Of a stretch of DNA of 43,474 nucleotides, positions 34,484 through 43,336 are shown piece by piece. The position numbers were made by a program, and so were the translations under genes. This DNA is from Verrucomicrobiota bacterium (lineage in GTDB: Bacteria; Verrucomicrobiota; Verrucomicrobiia; Limisphaerales; CANJXF01): positions 1-43,474 of the forward strand of contig JBBQRQ010000040.1 of NCBI GenBank assembly GCA_038214755.1, written 5' to 3'. The notes under the pieces were generated by a model. That model searched no databases and was not told the DNA's origin. It saw only the letters and a list, made by a program, of their open reading frames with translations. Position 1 is the first letter of the stretch, and every line of letters begins with the position of its first letter.

Positions 34484-35191
34484 ATGAAGACGCACCTGTT
34501 CGCTTACCTCCCGTTGGAAAAAGTCGCTCTGCTCGTAGCCGCCGACGTGAGGAGGCGGAGAAAAGAGAATGGGTTGCCCAGGAAACCCGCCTCCCCACGT
34601 CGGCGGCTACTTTTTCAACGGGCTGCAAACTCGATCAAGATTCTCTGCCTCACCATTTCAACAACGCTTTTCGTCAACTGCACTACCTCCCATCACAAGA
34701 ACGCGCCGCAACCCGCTCTCAGCGTCTCACAAAAAAGCGAAGGTTACGCGATCTTGTATGACTTAGTTTCGGACGAGAAAAATATCAGCAAACTTTCGTT
34801 CATCAAAAAAGAGCGACCAGAGTTTAAGGCGGTGCTGAAAAAAATCGCGGCTACGGCGAAGGAGACGGCTGAAGGTCTGGAAACTTTCGCAAAAAAGGAT
34901 GCGCAGATGAATTTGAAAATCACTCACTTGCCCACCGTAGAACAAAAGACGCGCGAGTCGATTGCCGCCGAGACCCAGAAGCAAATTCTGAAAAGCTCGG
35001 ACGACGTGTTGGAATCCAAACTGTTGATGACCCAGGTCGAGAGTATGAATTACGCGGCGCATCTGGCAAAAGTTTTGGCGGCGCTGGAAACGGATCTGTC
35101 GCGTAAACAATTTTTGCAAAACGCTTCCTTGAAATTCGCCGCGCTGCATGACGAAGTTTATCAAATGTTGCTCAATCGGCAGAGGCGATAA
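34484..35191 (+). CDS. hypothetical helical (ferritin-like?) putative lipoprotein with a repeat-derived N-terminal insertion
   Basis: Hydrophobic 'ILCLTISTTLFVNC' followed by amphipathic helices; codons ~10-47 derive from a palindromic element. Confidence 0.65.
   Translation: MKTHLFAYLPLEKVALLVAADVRRRRKENGLPRKPASPRRRLLFQRAANSIKILCLTISTTLFVNCTTSHHKNAPQPALSVSQKSEGYAILYDLVSDEKNISKLSFIKKERPEFKAVLKKIAATAKETAEGLETFAKKDAQMNLKITHLPTVEQKTRESIAAETQKQILKSSDDVLESKLLMTQVESMNYAAHLAKVLAALETDLSRKQFLQNASLKFAALHDEVYQMLLNRQRR
34510..34622. repeat. family A GTAG palindrome with extended CCCGTTG(G)AAAAAG arms
   Basis: Core 34535-34610 GTAGCCGCCGACGTGAGGAGGCGG / CCGCCTCCCCACGTCGGCGGCTAC; outer CCCGTTGGAAAAAGT / ACTTTTTCAACGGG. 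Confidence 0.85.
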
Positions 35192-35200
35192 TGAATTTTT

Positions 35201-35312
35201 GAATCGTGAATCGTTGAATCGTGAATCGTTGAATCGTGAAACGTGAAACGTGAATTGACGCTCCAACGCTTCAACGCTTCAACGCTCCAACGCTCCAACG
35301 CTCCAACGCTTC
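35201..35312. repeat. adjacent microsatellites (GAATCGT/GAATCGTT)n and (ACGCTCCA/ACGCTTCA)n
   Basis: Visible tandem 7/8-mers; the octamer array overlaps the last codons and stop of cbiX. Confidence 0.9.
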
Positions 35313-36149
35313 CCCCACTCTCTCCAAAATCACTTCAACGATATGCGGTTCGTCGCCGATGCTTGAGGAATACCAAACGAGTTTGTCGTGTTTCTCCGTC
35401 GGATTGCGCCAGGTCGGCTGGCCGAGTTTGAAACGTTTCTGAACCAGTTTTTCCGGCTCGCCCAGCATCACGGGAATGTCTTCATAGGAATGCAATCCGT
35501 CGCTGATGAAAAACGGAACCATCACAATATTTTTTGTCGGAGCAAGTTTGTAGCAATCGCCGATGCGCGGATCTTCTTCCATGAACGCCGGAAAAACGTC
35601 CGCGTAAATTTTCATAGCGCGAATCAATTGGACCTGGCGCTCGATGGCTTTGCGGGAATTTTCATTGTTGCCCGTGCCGTGACCCGCGATGAAAAGCGTC
35701 GTCTCGCTCGGCTTGGGCGCGCGGGGGAACGGAAACTTTTCAACCACTTCCTTCGCGCGCGCGAGCAACACGTTGGTCATGCTGTCGTGTGTTCCGACTG
35801 GCCCGCAGTAAAAAAATATTTGATCACCGCGCTTTTCCACGAGCGGAAAACTTTGAACTTTAAACTTTAAACTTTGAACCTTGAACCCCAATTCCCGCGG
35901 AATCACTTCCTCGGTAAAATAGCCTTCGCTGATGAACAGGGGCACGATAAAAACGCGCGGCGCAAAAATGCCGCGCAACACTTGCGCCAGATACGGTTCC
36001 TGTTTCCAAAAAGTTTCCTGCACTTGCGCGAAAATTTTCCGGCGGCGGAACTCGTCGGCGTGTTGATAGGTCGGCGCGGATGAATCCGCGTTCAAGGTCG
36101 AGCCGTGACCAACCAGGACCAACCCCGCATCTGAAAAATTCTCGCTCAC
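35271..36149 (-). CDS. cbiX: CbiX/SirB-family sirohydrochlorin chelatase (two-domain form)
   Basis: 'LVLVGHGS', 'VPLFISEGYF', 'FIAGHGT', 'AFMEEDP', 'VPFFISDGLHSYEDIP'; GTG 36149 preferred start. Confidence 0.8.
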   Translation of the reverse strand: MSENFSDAGLVLVGHGSTLNADSSAPTYQHADEFRRRKIFAQVQETFWKQEPYLAQVLRGIFAPRVFIVPLFISEGYFTEEVIPRELGFKVQSLKFKVQSFPLVEKRGDQIFFYCGPVGTHDSMTNVLLARAKEVVEKFPFPRAPKPSETTLFIAGHGTGNNENSRKAIERQVQLIRAMKIYADVFPAFMEEDPRIGDCYKLAPTKNIVMVPFFISDGLHSYEDIPVMLGEPEKLVQKRFKLGQPTWRNPTEKHDKLVWYSSSIGDEPHIVEVILERVGEALERWSVGALKR

Positions 36150-36192
36150 AAAGAAATAAACCGCCAAGACACGAAAATAAAAATTCGCTCTT

Positions 36193-37293
36193 TCATTCCG
36201 GCGGAAAATGGTTTTCGGTCGAACTAGATTGACGCGGACCGTATTCTAAATTGCGGGAGCCAGTAGGATTGATGGCATACGTGAGCCGAGCACCGCCCAT
36301 CATAATGGAGGTTTCCAACTGCAATCGGGCATATCTTGGGGGATTCCCGAATCTAATGTAATAATTCTTTTTGAGATTTAGTGTCCAATTCGGTTGATCT
36401 TTCTCAAACTTAAATTCAACGACCGATTGATAATCGTCTTGCGGCGCTTCAAATGGGAATTCATAGTTATGCTCCACAAAACCGCCGTCAGGAATTTCCA
36501 TGCGAAACGACCACTCGTTTGCCTGTTTCCATTTTTTGGATTCGGGTTTGATTTGAGTGATGGTCAATGGGCCTTCGCCTGTTTTACGTTCCAGTAGGTT
36601 GACCCGAACAGGCATTCCATCGACGGGAGTACTGACGGCAAAAGAATCTCTCATCCCATATTGGGAAGTAATCAAATCAACTCCATTTCTTTTTTTTCGC
36701 AGGTGAAAAACCACTGGTTTATTTGCGTATGGAGTAAACCGTCCTTCAAACGGGTCGGCGTATTCAAAACTTTGCCGGGCATCTTTTGAATCGTAATAAC
36801 CTTCTTTGCTGACACTGAGGGACAGTCGTTTGCCCGTGCGATCTAGCAGAGAAAACAAGCCGCCGCCATCACTGATTGTGTTTGCCTGGGAAGTGCCTTT
36901 TTGAGAAGTATCGTTCCAACTAAAATAAATCTGCGCTTGTTGCACCGGCAGTTCATTTTCATCCACCACTTTCCCCCAAAAATTGATCGGCTGCTTCCAA
37001 TCGAAGTTGGGGTCAATTTTCATTTGCTCATACCGATACTTCGCAAACGAAGGATCGGTGGCCGTGGCAAAAATCTCAGCCAATTTAATTTCTTCCTTTG
37101 ATTCCGTTCCCTTCTCTCTCTGCGTTTCGGCAATTGAACTCGTGATTGTTTCTTTTGCTTCAGGATTTGGAACGGATGAAAGATGTCGCGCCTTTTTGCC
37201 GTTCAAACTTGAGATAAACAAAACCAATCCACAAATAAGCAGCACTGCCGATATTATCAGAATTTTAACGGAAAATCTCCGGCTTAATTTCAC
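36193..37293 (-). CDS. membrane-anchored protein with carboxypeptidase-regulatory-like domain; putative immunity protein (paralog 2)
   Basis: N-terminal TM; 'PINFWGKVVDENELPV..A.I', 'SKEGYY'; ends 'YAINPTGSRNLEY'; GTGA overlap with paralog 1. Confidence 0.75.
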   Translation of the reverse strand: MKLSRRFSVKILIISAVLLICGLVLFISSLNGKKARHLSSVPNPEAKETITSSIAETQREKGTESKEEIKLAEIFATATDPSFAKYRYEQMKIDPNFDWKQPINFWGKVVDENELPVQQAQIYFSWNDTSQKGTSQANTISDGGGLFSLLDRTGKRLSLSVSKEGYYDSKDARQSFEYADPFEGRFTPYANKPVVFHLRKKRNGVDLITSQYGMRDSFAVSTPVDGMPVRVNLLERKTGEGPLTITQIKPESKKWKQANEWSFRMEIPDGGFVEHNYEFPFEAPQDDYQSVVEFKFEKDQPNWTLNLKKNYYIRFGNPPRYARLQLETSIMMGGARLTYAINPTGSRNLEYGPRQSSSTENHFPPE

Positions 37294-38369
37294 TCAAACA
37301 CCTTCGGCTTGGGCTGAACGGACTCGTCGTATTCCAAATTACGGGAACCGGATGGATTCAAACAGTATTTCATGCTGATCGCGGCGTTTTGACTGTATTT
37401 AGGAATGATTTCAGCTTCGATTCGACCGAAATTTTTACCCCCTCGGCTCTTGACATAAAACCGATAACCCCAATCCGTTTTCCATTTTGGATCATCTTTG
37501 CTCTTTTCGATTTCAATTCGTTCGTAGCCAGACTCAGGAGCCAAAAACTTAAATTCGTCGTCGGTTTCAATAAGCCCTCCGTCGTTTCCTTCCAGCACAA
37601 CTGACCAATCAAATATTTTGCCTTCCGAGCGGCGGAAGCGAACCGCAACATCCCATTCCAGAGGTGGCGTGTTGGTATATTTTTTTCCCGCTATTAAATC
37701 CAAGTAATATTGTGTTCCGTCCGCCTTGAACCCGAAAAGTTTTTCTCCACAAATCAACGGTTCCCCCCCCGCTTTTTTTCCCAGATGAAAAACCACCGGC
37801 TTATTCGCGTCCGGCGTAAACCGTCCTTCAAATGGGTCGGCGTATTCAAAAGTTGAGTTTCGTGCCTCACGACTGCCGTAATAACCTTCTTTCTCAACAT
37901 CCACGTAAAGCCGCTTTCCCCGTCGATCTTTAAGTGAAAAGAAACCGTTGCCGTCACTTTTTGTATCTGCATTCGAAGTTCCTCTCTCCGATGTGTCGTT
38001 CCAAGTAAAATGAATTGATGCACCAGTTACCGGTTGTTCGTTTTCATCCACGACTTTCCCCCAAAAATTTATTGGCTGCCTCCAATCAAAGTTAGGATCA
38101 ATTTGCATTTGCTCATACCGATACTTCGCAAACGAAGGATCGCTTGCCTCAGCAAAAATCGCAGCTAATTGAATTTCCTGTTTTGATTTTTCCTGCGTCG
38201 CATTTCTAAGTTTTGATGGATTCTGGGTTCTTACAACTGTTTCTTTGGAAGATGTGTCCGTTGGTGTTTTTTCTGCGGTCGAATCTCCCGAGTGACCATT
38301 TCTCTTGAAAAACCACCACATGACGAAAAGACCAAGTAGTATGCAAATGAAAAACTGACTTCGCTTCAT
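37290..38369 (-). CDS. membrane-anchored protein with carboxypeptidase-regulatory-like domain; putative immunity protein (paralog 1)
   Basis: ATG 5 nt after the hydrolase stop; TM 'FFICILLGLFVMWWFF'; 'PINFWGKVVDENEQPVTGA', 'EKEGYY'; 'YCLNPSGSRNLEY'. Confidence 0.78.
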   Translation of the reverse strand: MKRSQFFICILLGLFVMWWFFKRNGHSGDSTAEKTPTDTSSKETVVRTQNPSKLRNATQEKSKQEIQLAAIFAEASDPSFAKYRYEQMQIDPNFDWRQPINFWGKVVDENEQPVTGASIHFTWNDTSERGTSNADTKSDGNGFFSLKDRRGKRLYVDVEKEGYYGSREARNSTFEYADPFEGRFTPDANKPVVFHLGKKAGGEPLICGEKLFGFKADGTQYYLDLIAGKKYTNTPPLEWDVAVRFRRSEGKIFDWSVVLEGNDGGLIETDDEFKFLAPESGYERIEIEKSKDDPKWKTDWGYRFYVKSRGGKNFGRIEAEIIPKYSQNAAISMKYCLNPSGSRNLEYDESVQPKPKVFE

Positions 38370-38374
38370 ATGAT

Positions 38375-41300
38375 TTAATCCTCTGGAATCACGCGTAATT
38401 TTTGTCCAAGCGTTTTGTAAAAACTCCCAACTCGTTGAATATTCCAATTGAACTGAGCGCTGTGCTCATCCTGGTTTCCACGAAAATTGAATGCAGCAGT
38501 CAAATCGATTCCCCCGCTTTGAATTACTCCGGTTACTCCGCTGGATGCTCCCGCTGCTTTTGATCTTGGCCTCGCCGCAAAAGCCATTTTTTCTCGCGAG
38601 TCAGTGATAACCAAAGAGAACTGCATAACGTTTGTGCCGTCGAAAGAATAATAACCGCGCGTATCCGGCTTGTAGATTGTTTCATTCCCCTGCCAACTCA
38701 CGTTCACACCCGCAAAGGTTGCTGTCGCCAGAGCATAATCGTTCGTGTTGAAAAAGTTCACGATCGAGTTGTTTACGGCTGCCGCAATATTAGTCGAGTA
38801 ACCACGATAGGTATCGGGCGTTGGTGATGTGACTTCTTTGGTCGTGAAAACATTGAAACTCGCAAACGAGGTATCATAACAGTGCGCGGGAACCGCGGCC
38901 TGCATGAGCACGTAATTATCGATCGCCATTACATTGCTGGCCGCGTGTTGTTTGAGCGCTTCCATCATCACAATGTTCCCCATGCTATGCGCCGCGACAT
39001 TAATGGAGTAATCCGGCAGACGCTCATGCTGCCAGTTGAGATAACTGGCCATAGCTGTGCCCGATTGAAACGCGCGGAACTCACTTTGGTTGTAGGTGAA
39101 AAGAGACTGCGTATCCGAAAAGAATTTAAAATCACCTTGGGAAAGGGCCGGCCAACGCACCGCAGCAAACCTTCCTTGATAACCCTGCCAATAGAGCCGC
39201 TTGAACATGGTTTGGGAAAAGCTTTCGTAATCCCACTGCCCCATGCGCCAACCATGCACGAAGACAATCAATTGTTTTTCTTCCGCGGAATCGTTGCCTA
39301 AAATGCGGTCGGATTTGAACGTGGCTGTTGCCGTGCTCGGTGTGGTGTCATAAACATTTTCCACATGTGCCTGCTCATATATCTCTTTGATGTCTTTTAT
39401 CTGAATCGATATTAAGGTTCCGGCGATCACTTCACCATTTTTATAGATCGTCAACACTAAGTCCCCCTTGCCTGGTGCTGAACCTTCAAACAGAAAATGT
39501 TTTCGGGTTCCATTGAAGTAACTGGCGGGAAAAGTAAGGGGAGAACCAAGCGAAACTTCTCCCATGCTTTGCCCGGGACTAATCTGGCCGTTGAGAAGAA
39601 TCATCTGCTGCGCTGCAATCGTGGAGTTGGTCAAGTAACCAATGCCTCCATCCGATTCTGTAGCTGGATAGATTTTAATTTTGACGTTGTCGGAATAATC
39701 CGACCAACCCAAGCTGACGCTGTAACCCTCCGCAGCAGGTAGTGACGGTACCCCGGAAATCCAGAGACGGGCAAAATCTTCCAAGTCGCGTTCCGACGTA
39801 ATTTTTCCGTCAAGGTAATCTCCACCGTAGTCAATATCCTTTCCGATTCCGATAAAATCATCGTCGTTATTTACCCAAAAGGTAAACGGCTTTTTGTAAG
39901 AGGTATTATCCGATCCAGTGATAGTTCGGTCAATCGTACCATCGTGGTTAGCATCTACTTCCAGTTTGATAACATGCACCAGACAGGAACCCGTGTTGGT
40001 TTCACCAGCGGAGGGGGGTTTAGTAGTCAGAAGCACGCGGCCCGGCTCAAATGGAAAATATTCTCCATATTCGGAAAGAAGCCCGTTCTGATTTGTGCTG
40101 ATGGTTCCGTCCAGATTCACCTTGTAGGCTTTGTCAAAATAGAGGCCGAGATAGCCGAATTTATTGGTGTCGCCGTTGTCAATGGCTTGTTTGGCATAGC
40201 CCGCCACTCGGAACGAGTCATAGTAAGGCCCGAACTCGTCCAAGAATAAAAAGGGATTATTGCCTGAAATAATTAAGATCGGGGTGGAGTTGGTAATAGA
40301 AAAGTCTGTGGTTCCAGGAATCGGATTAATACTAGGCCGAGCGAAGTAATAACCGACCGTCCGCAGGACTGGCGGTAAGACCACCGGATACAGATTGTTA
40401 AGATTCGTAATGTAGTGGTTCGGATAAATATCTGTCCCCGCTCCGTACCACTCTTGGTGGATAAACGAATAGGCAAGCCCAAAAATGTTGGTTGGTGAGG
40501 GCCCGAAAAACCTATCATAATCAATGCCTATTCTGTCGGGACTAAAGGGGAAATAAATACCGGCGGATTCAGCGGAGGATAATACCCCTGGAATTGTAAT
40601 TACATTGGTCGGCGCTTGAAATCGGTAAGTAGCTCCGGCGTTGGTCAAAGTGAAGTAATTACCCAAATAACCCGAACTGAAGCCTCCATTGGTCAATCGA
40701 CCATTGTCGTTTAAATGGTTTAGATCAAAGACGAAATTGCGATAGTTATTGTTTTCTAAAAAAGGGCGGAACTCTGCGAGAGCCGAGCCATTATAAATGC
40801 CAGCATAAGCGTAAGTGGCCGGATTCGAGTGATACCTGTAATCCATTTGGCCCGTAGAAATCAGTTCAAAATAAAAGGCTTCTTCAGTATTGGCCGCTCG
40901 TAACAGAAAACTCAGATTCTGTTTCAGCTGTTCTCGACCATCATAAAATCGAATGCTTTGTTTGTAGGTGGATCCGGCGTAGAGGAATTGCCCGACCGTG
41001 CCATTGCCTGCAATGGTTTGCACCCAATAGGAATCGCTGATGTTCGTTGAAACCTGCTCTTGCGAAATTTGGGCGACATTGTTCGTGAAGTTGGCGCGGG
41101 AGAGGGTGAAAACGTTCGTTGCTAATGAGTAACTATTGAATCTGGTAACACGCAGGGCAGAAACGTCGTCCCGCCTGTCGGTGGCAATTAAATAAGAAAA
41201 TCCCCCGGTGCCGCGTGCTATCCAAAAAGAGGTCGCTGAACCGGGCGGATGCAGTGATACATATCCACTCCAAGCGGAACTTCCCGCCGAATAATTGGCG

Positions 41301-42340
41301 CGAATACGGTAACGTGGAGGCATCTCATAAAGGATGTTGTGAGCCGGTGGTTGATAATCCGTCATCGTGCTGCTGTTCGGTGCTACTGAAAAACTGCTGG
41401 TATTATTAATATACGTTCGTTCCACGGTGTAACCTGTCACGGACCCGCCCGATGGATTCCAACTAAGATTCGCAATCGTTTCACTGGAATTGGGAACAAC
41501 CGTTAATCCTCGTGGCGCAGGTGGCGTGTTGAAAGCACTTGGTGAAGTTCCATTCTGATATTCCTCGATGTTACTCCAGCCGTCACCATCCGCGTCCTTA
41601 TAGCCATCCGGTGTTCCCGTGTTCCCCGTATCGGCAAGGTTCGGATTAAGGCCATGTTCCACTTCCCACCAGTCCGGCAAGCCATCGCCGTCGCTGTCCA
41701 AACTGGTATAACGAGCCCAAAAGAAAAAATTCGTGCGACCGGGAAGCCAGATGGAATTGGCTAACGTCGAATTGTCCTGCCCAATAAAACCGTGATCCAC
41801 CGTCCAATTCGTTTCTGATAAATTCGTCTTCGTCAGGATTTCGTAGTAGCCGCCCTCGACTGTGCCATGCAATGTCAGCGTCATCCAATTGGAATCGTAA
41901 CTGTAGATGCTCAGCCACAAACCATTGGTGTAGTCAAAAGCTAATGGCGGGTTTGGAGTAGGACCTTCTTCCGCGTCGCCTTCGCCGGGTGGAGTGGGGC
42001 CGTCTTCCATTTCATTGAGCAACCGAGAAAACTCCCTCTGCGCTTTTTGCTCTTCTTGCAGCGCGACGTAATCGACTTTGCGGTCATCGTAAATGAATCC
42101 TCCGGAGAAGGAATAAATATCCAAGTTTAGCTCCTCGAGCGGATTCATCGGCCACGGTGGGAGATTGAGTTGTGCTGAAAAAAATGTTCCCTGAGTTGGC
42201 GGAGAGGATAACAGGACGGGTACTTCCACATAATTCTTCTCGACCGATTCAGTTTCGTCGAATTGGAAGTTGTAGTTTTGTTGGGCGTCAGCAAAAAACG
42301 GCAGAAGGAATGCAAACGCGAGGAGTGGGATTAGTTTCAT
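38375..42340 (-). CDS. large Sec-exported multidomain protein with C-terminal alpha/beta-hydrolase (DUF900/lipase-like); putative polymorphic toxin
   Basis: Signal 'MKLIPLLAFAFLLPFFADA'; Ca-binding 'DSDGDGLPDWWE', 'DADGDGWSNIEEY'; FN3-like 'APRGLTV...LSWNP..GSVTGYTVER'; 'DANHDGTI..FWVNNDDD..DLEDFARL'; 'VFVHGW', 'AAHSMGN', 'NDYAL', 'DEHS'. Confidence 0.85.
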   Translation of the reverse strand: MKLIPLLAFAFLLPFFADAQQNYNFQFDETESVEKNYVEVPVLLSSPPTQGTFFSAQLNLPPWPMNPLEELNLDIYSFSGGFIYDDRKVDYVALQEEQKAQREFSRLLNEMEDGPTPPGEGDAEEGPTPNPPLAFDYTNGLWLSIYSYDSNWMTLTLHGTVEGGYYEILTKTNLSETNWTVDHGFIGQDNSTLANSIWLPGRTNFFFWARYTSLDSDGDGLPDWWEVEHGLNPNLADTGNTGTPDGYKDADGDGWSNIEEYQNGTSPSAFNTPPAPRGLTVVPNSSETIANLSWNPSGGSVTGYTVERTYINNTSSFSVAPNSSTMTDYQPPAHNILYEMPPRYRIRANYSAGSSAWSGYVSLHPPGSATSFWIARGTGGFSYLIATDRRDDVSALRVTRFNSYSLATNVFTLSRANFTNNVAQISQEQVSTNISDSYWVQTIAGNGTVGQFLYAGSTYKQSIRFYDGREQLKQNLSFLLRAANTEEAFYFELISTGQMDYRYHSNPATYAYAGIYNGSALAEFRPFLENNNYRNFVFDLNHLNDNGRLTNGGFSSGYLGNYFTLTNAGATYRFQAPTNVITIPGVLSSAESAGIYFPFSPDRIGIDYDRFFGPSPTNIFGLAYSFIHQEWYGAGTDIYPNHYITNLNNLYPVVLPPVLRTVGYYFARPSINPIPGTTDFSITNSTPILIISGNNPFLFLDEFGPYYDSFRVAGYAKQAIDNGDTNKFGYLGLYFDKAYKVNLDGTISTNQNGLLSEYGEYFPFEPGRVLLTTKPPSAGETNTGSCLVHVIKLEVDANHDGTIDRTITGSDNTSYKKPFTFWVNNDDDFIGIGKDIDYGGDYLDGKITSERDLEDFARLWISGVPSLPAAEGYSVSLGWSDYSDNVKIKIYPATESDGGIGYLTNSTIAAQQMILLNGQISPGQSMGEVSLGSPLTFPASYFNGTRKHFLFEGSAPGKGDLVLTIYKNGEVIAGTLISIQIKDIKEIYEQAHVENVYDTTPSTATATFKSDRILGNDSAEEKQLIVFVHGWRMGQWDYESFSQTMFKRLYWQGYQGRFAAVRWPALSQGDFKFFSDTQSLFTYNQSEFRAFQSGTAMASYLNWQHERLPDYSINVAAHSMGNIVMMEALKQHAASNVMAIDNYVLMQAAVPAHCYDTSFASFNVFTTKEVTSPTPDTYRGYSTNIAAAVNNSIVNFFNTNDYALATATFAGVNVSWQGNETIYKPDTRGYYSFDGTNVMQFSLVITDSREKMAFAARPRSKAAGASSGVTGVIQSGGIDLTAAFNFRGNQDEHSAQFNWNIQRVGSFYKTLGQKLRVIPED

Positions 42341-42370
42341 AGTTGTTTTTTTCCGGGCAGCAATCACCGC

Positions 42371-42402
42371 AAAATAAAAGGGGCGTGACTTACTCACGCC
42401 CC
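42371..42402 (-). terminator. intrinsic terminator within the 5' leader of the hydrolase operon
   Basis: Minus strand GGGGCGUGA-GUAAG-UCACGCCCC-UUUUAUUUU; perfect 9-bp stem ending 30 nt before ATG 42340. Confidence 0.8.
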
Positions 42403-42512
42403 GTTCCAGGTACTGGTGCACCTTTCAAGCAGCGCTTTCAGGCACGCCTTTTTGGGGCGTGCGCTCAGCGCCGCGTTGAAGTCCTTATGAAATCACCAGT
42501 TTCGGAACGGAC
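42371..42512 (-). ncRNA. putative structured cis-regulatory leader RNA (attenuator/riboswitch-like, class not recognised)
   Basis: Five nested stems across 42401-42510 plus an alternative 8-bp antiterminator pairing with the terminator 5' arm. Confidence 0.6.
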
Positions 42513-42716
42513 CTGCGGCTGAAGCTCGCAAAATGTTTAAGTTGTTTTTTGGTTACATGTTTTTCGGAACGCAGATGTTTTACGCATCATGGGAAAAGTT
42601 TTCAATCGAATTTTTAAAAAATATTCGAAAGCATATTGCGCTTTCCCAACCGAACGCCGCGAGCAATCAAAAATTCCATTGACCGAGCCACCGGCGGCTT
42701 TTACCAATCTCGCCTT

Positions 42717-42806
42717 ATGTTGAAAGCCACGTTCCCTTTTCTTTTGTTCGCATTTTTTTCCAGCGCGTCGCAGGGACAAGTTCCCGAATGGATTTGGCCC
42801 TCCCAC
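42717..42806 (+). other. truncated N-terminus (signal peptide) of a secreted protein, cut by a probable misassembly
   Basis: 'MLKATFPFLLFAFFSSASQG-QVPEWIWP', then an abrupt switch to high-GC minus-strand sucA sequence. Confidence 0.5.
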
Positions 42807-43336
42807 ATGACGAGCACGTCGGGGTTCGTGAACGAGTAGCCGTACTCGAAGCCGAGCACCGCGTACTCGGACAGCAGTGAGTCGTAGATCCACAACCGGG
42901 TGTCATCGTGTTCGAGCTTGGAGAGGAGCAGGTGCTCGTCACCGGTCTGGTAGTCGACCATCGTCGAATGTCGCTGGCTGAACGTGCCGCGTCGAGAGTC
43001 TTGTCCGGAGAGTCGCACCGACGTGCCCTCGAGGAGGAGCGATCCGAACGCCAACGATTCGGCCAGTGCCCAGTCGACTTCGCCGCCGCGGTACATGGCC
43101 GTCCGAGTCTCGAACTGACGGGCGAGCTTCGGGTGGATCGTGAACCCCTCGGGGACCGTTGAAAGCGCCTCGTAGACGGTGTCGAGGACCTGCTGCGAGA
43201 CGCCGGTCGGGGTATGGGGGACGACACCGACAGCCGGCGGGTGGGGGAGAGCGATGACCTGGCCCTCGGGGGCTGACTGGCGGGTGGCGTCGAGCGCTGC
43301 CTGGAGCTTCTCGTTGAAGTCGGCGAGCGCCTGCTC
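42794..43336 (-). CDS. sucA: internal fragment of 2-oxoglutarate dehydrogenase E1 / kgd (actinobacterial-like, high GC)
   Basis: 'PEGFTIHPKL', 'DWALAESLAFGSLLLEG..VRLSGQDSRRGTFSQRH', 'YDSLLSEYAVLGFEYGYS...LVMWEGQ'; lacks both ends. Confidence 0.85.

Noticed and set aside
35271..36149. Functional link between cbiX and the di-heme cluster
   Set aside because: Opposite strand, separated by unrelated genes, host-like composition; proximity alone is not evidence
42341..42421. Longer N-terminus for the hydrolase (start 42421)
   Set aside because: Runs through the terminator hairpin; a clean signal peptide starts at ATG 42340
42371..42512. Assignment of the leader to a known riboswitch (c-di-GMP, c-di-AMP, SAM, TPP, cobalamin) or tRNA
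   Set aside because: The diagnostic conserved motifs of those classes are not evident by eye; an Rfam search is needed
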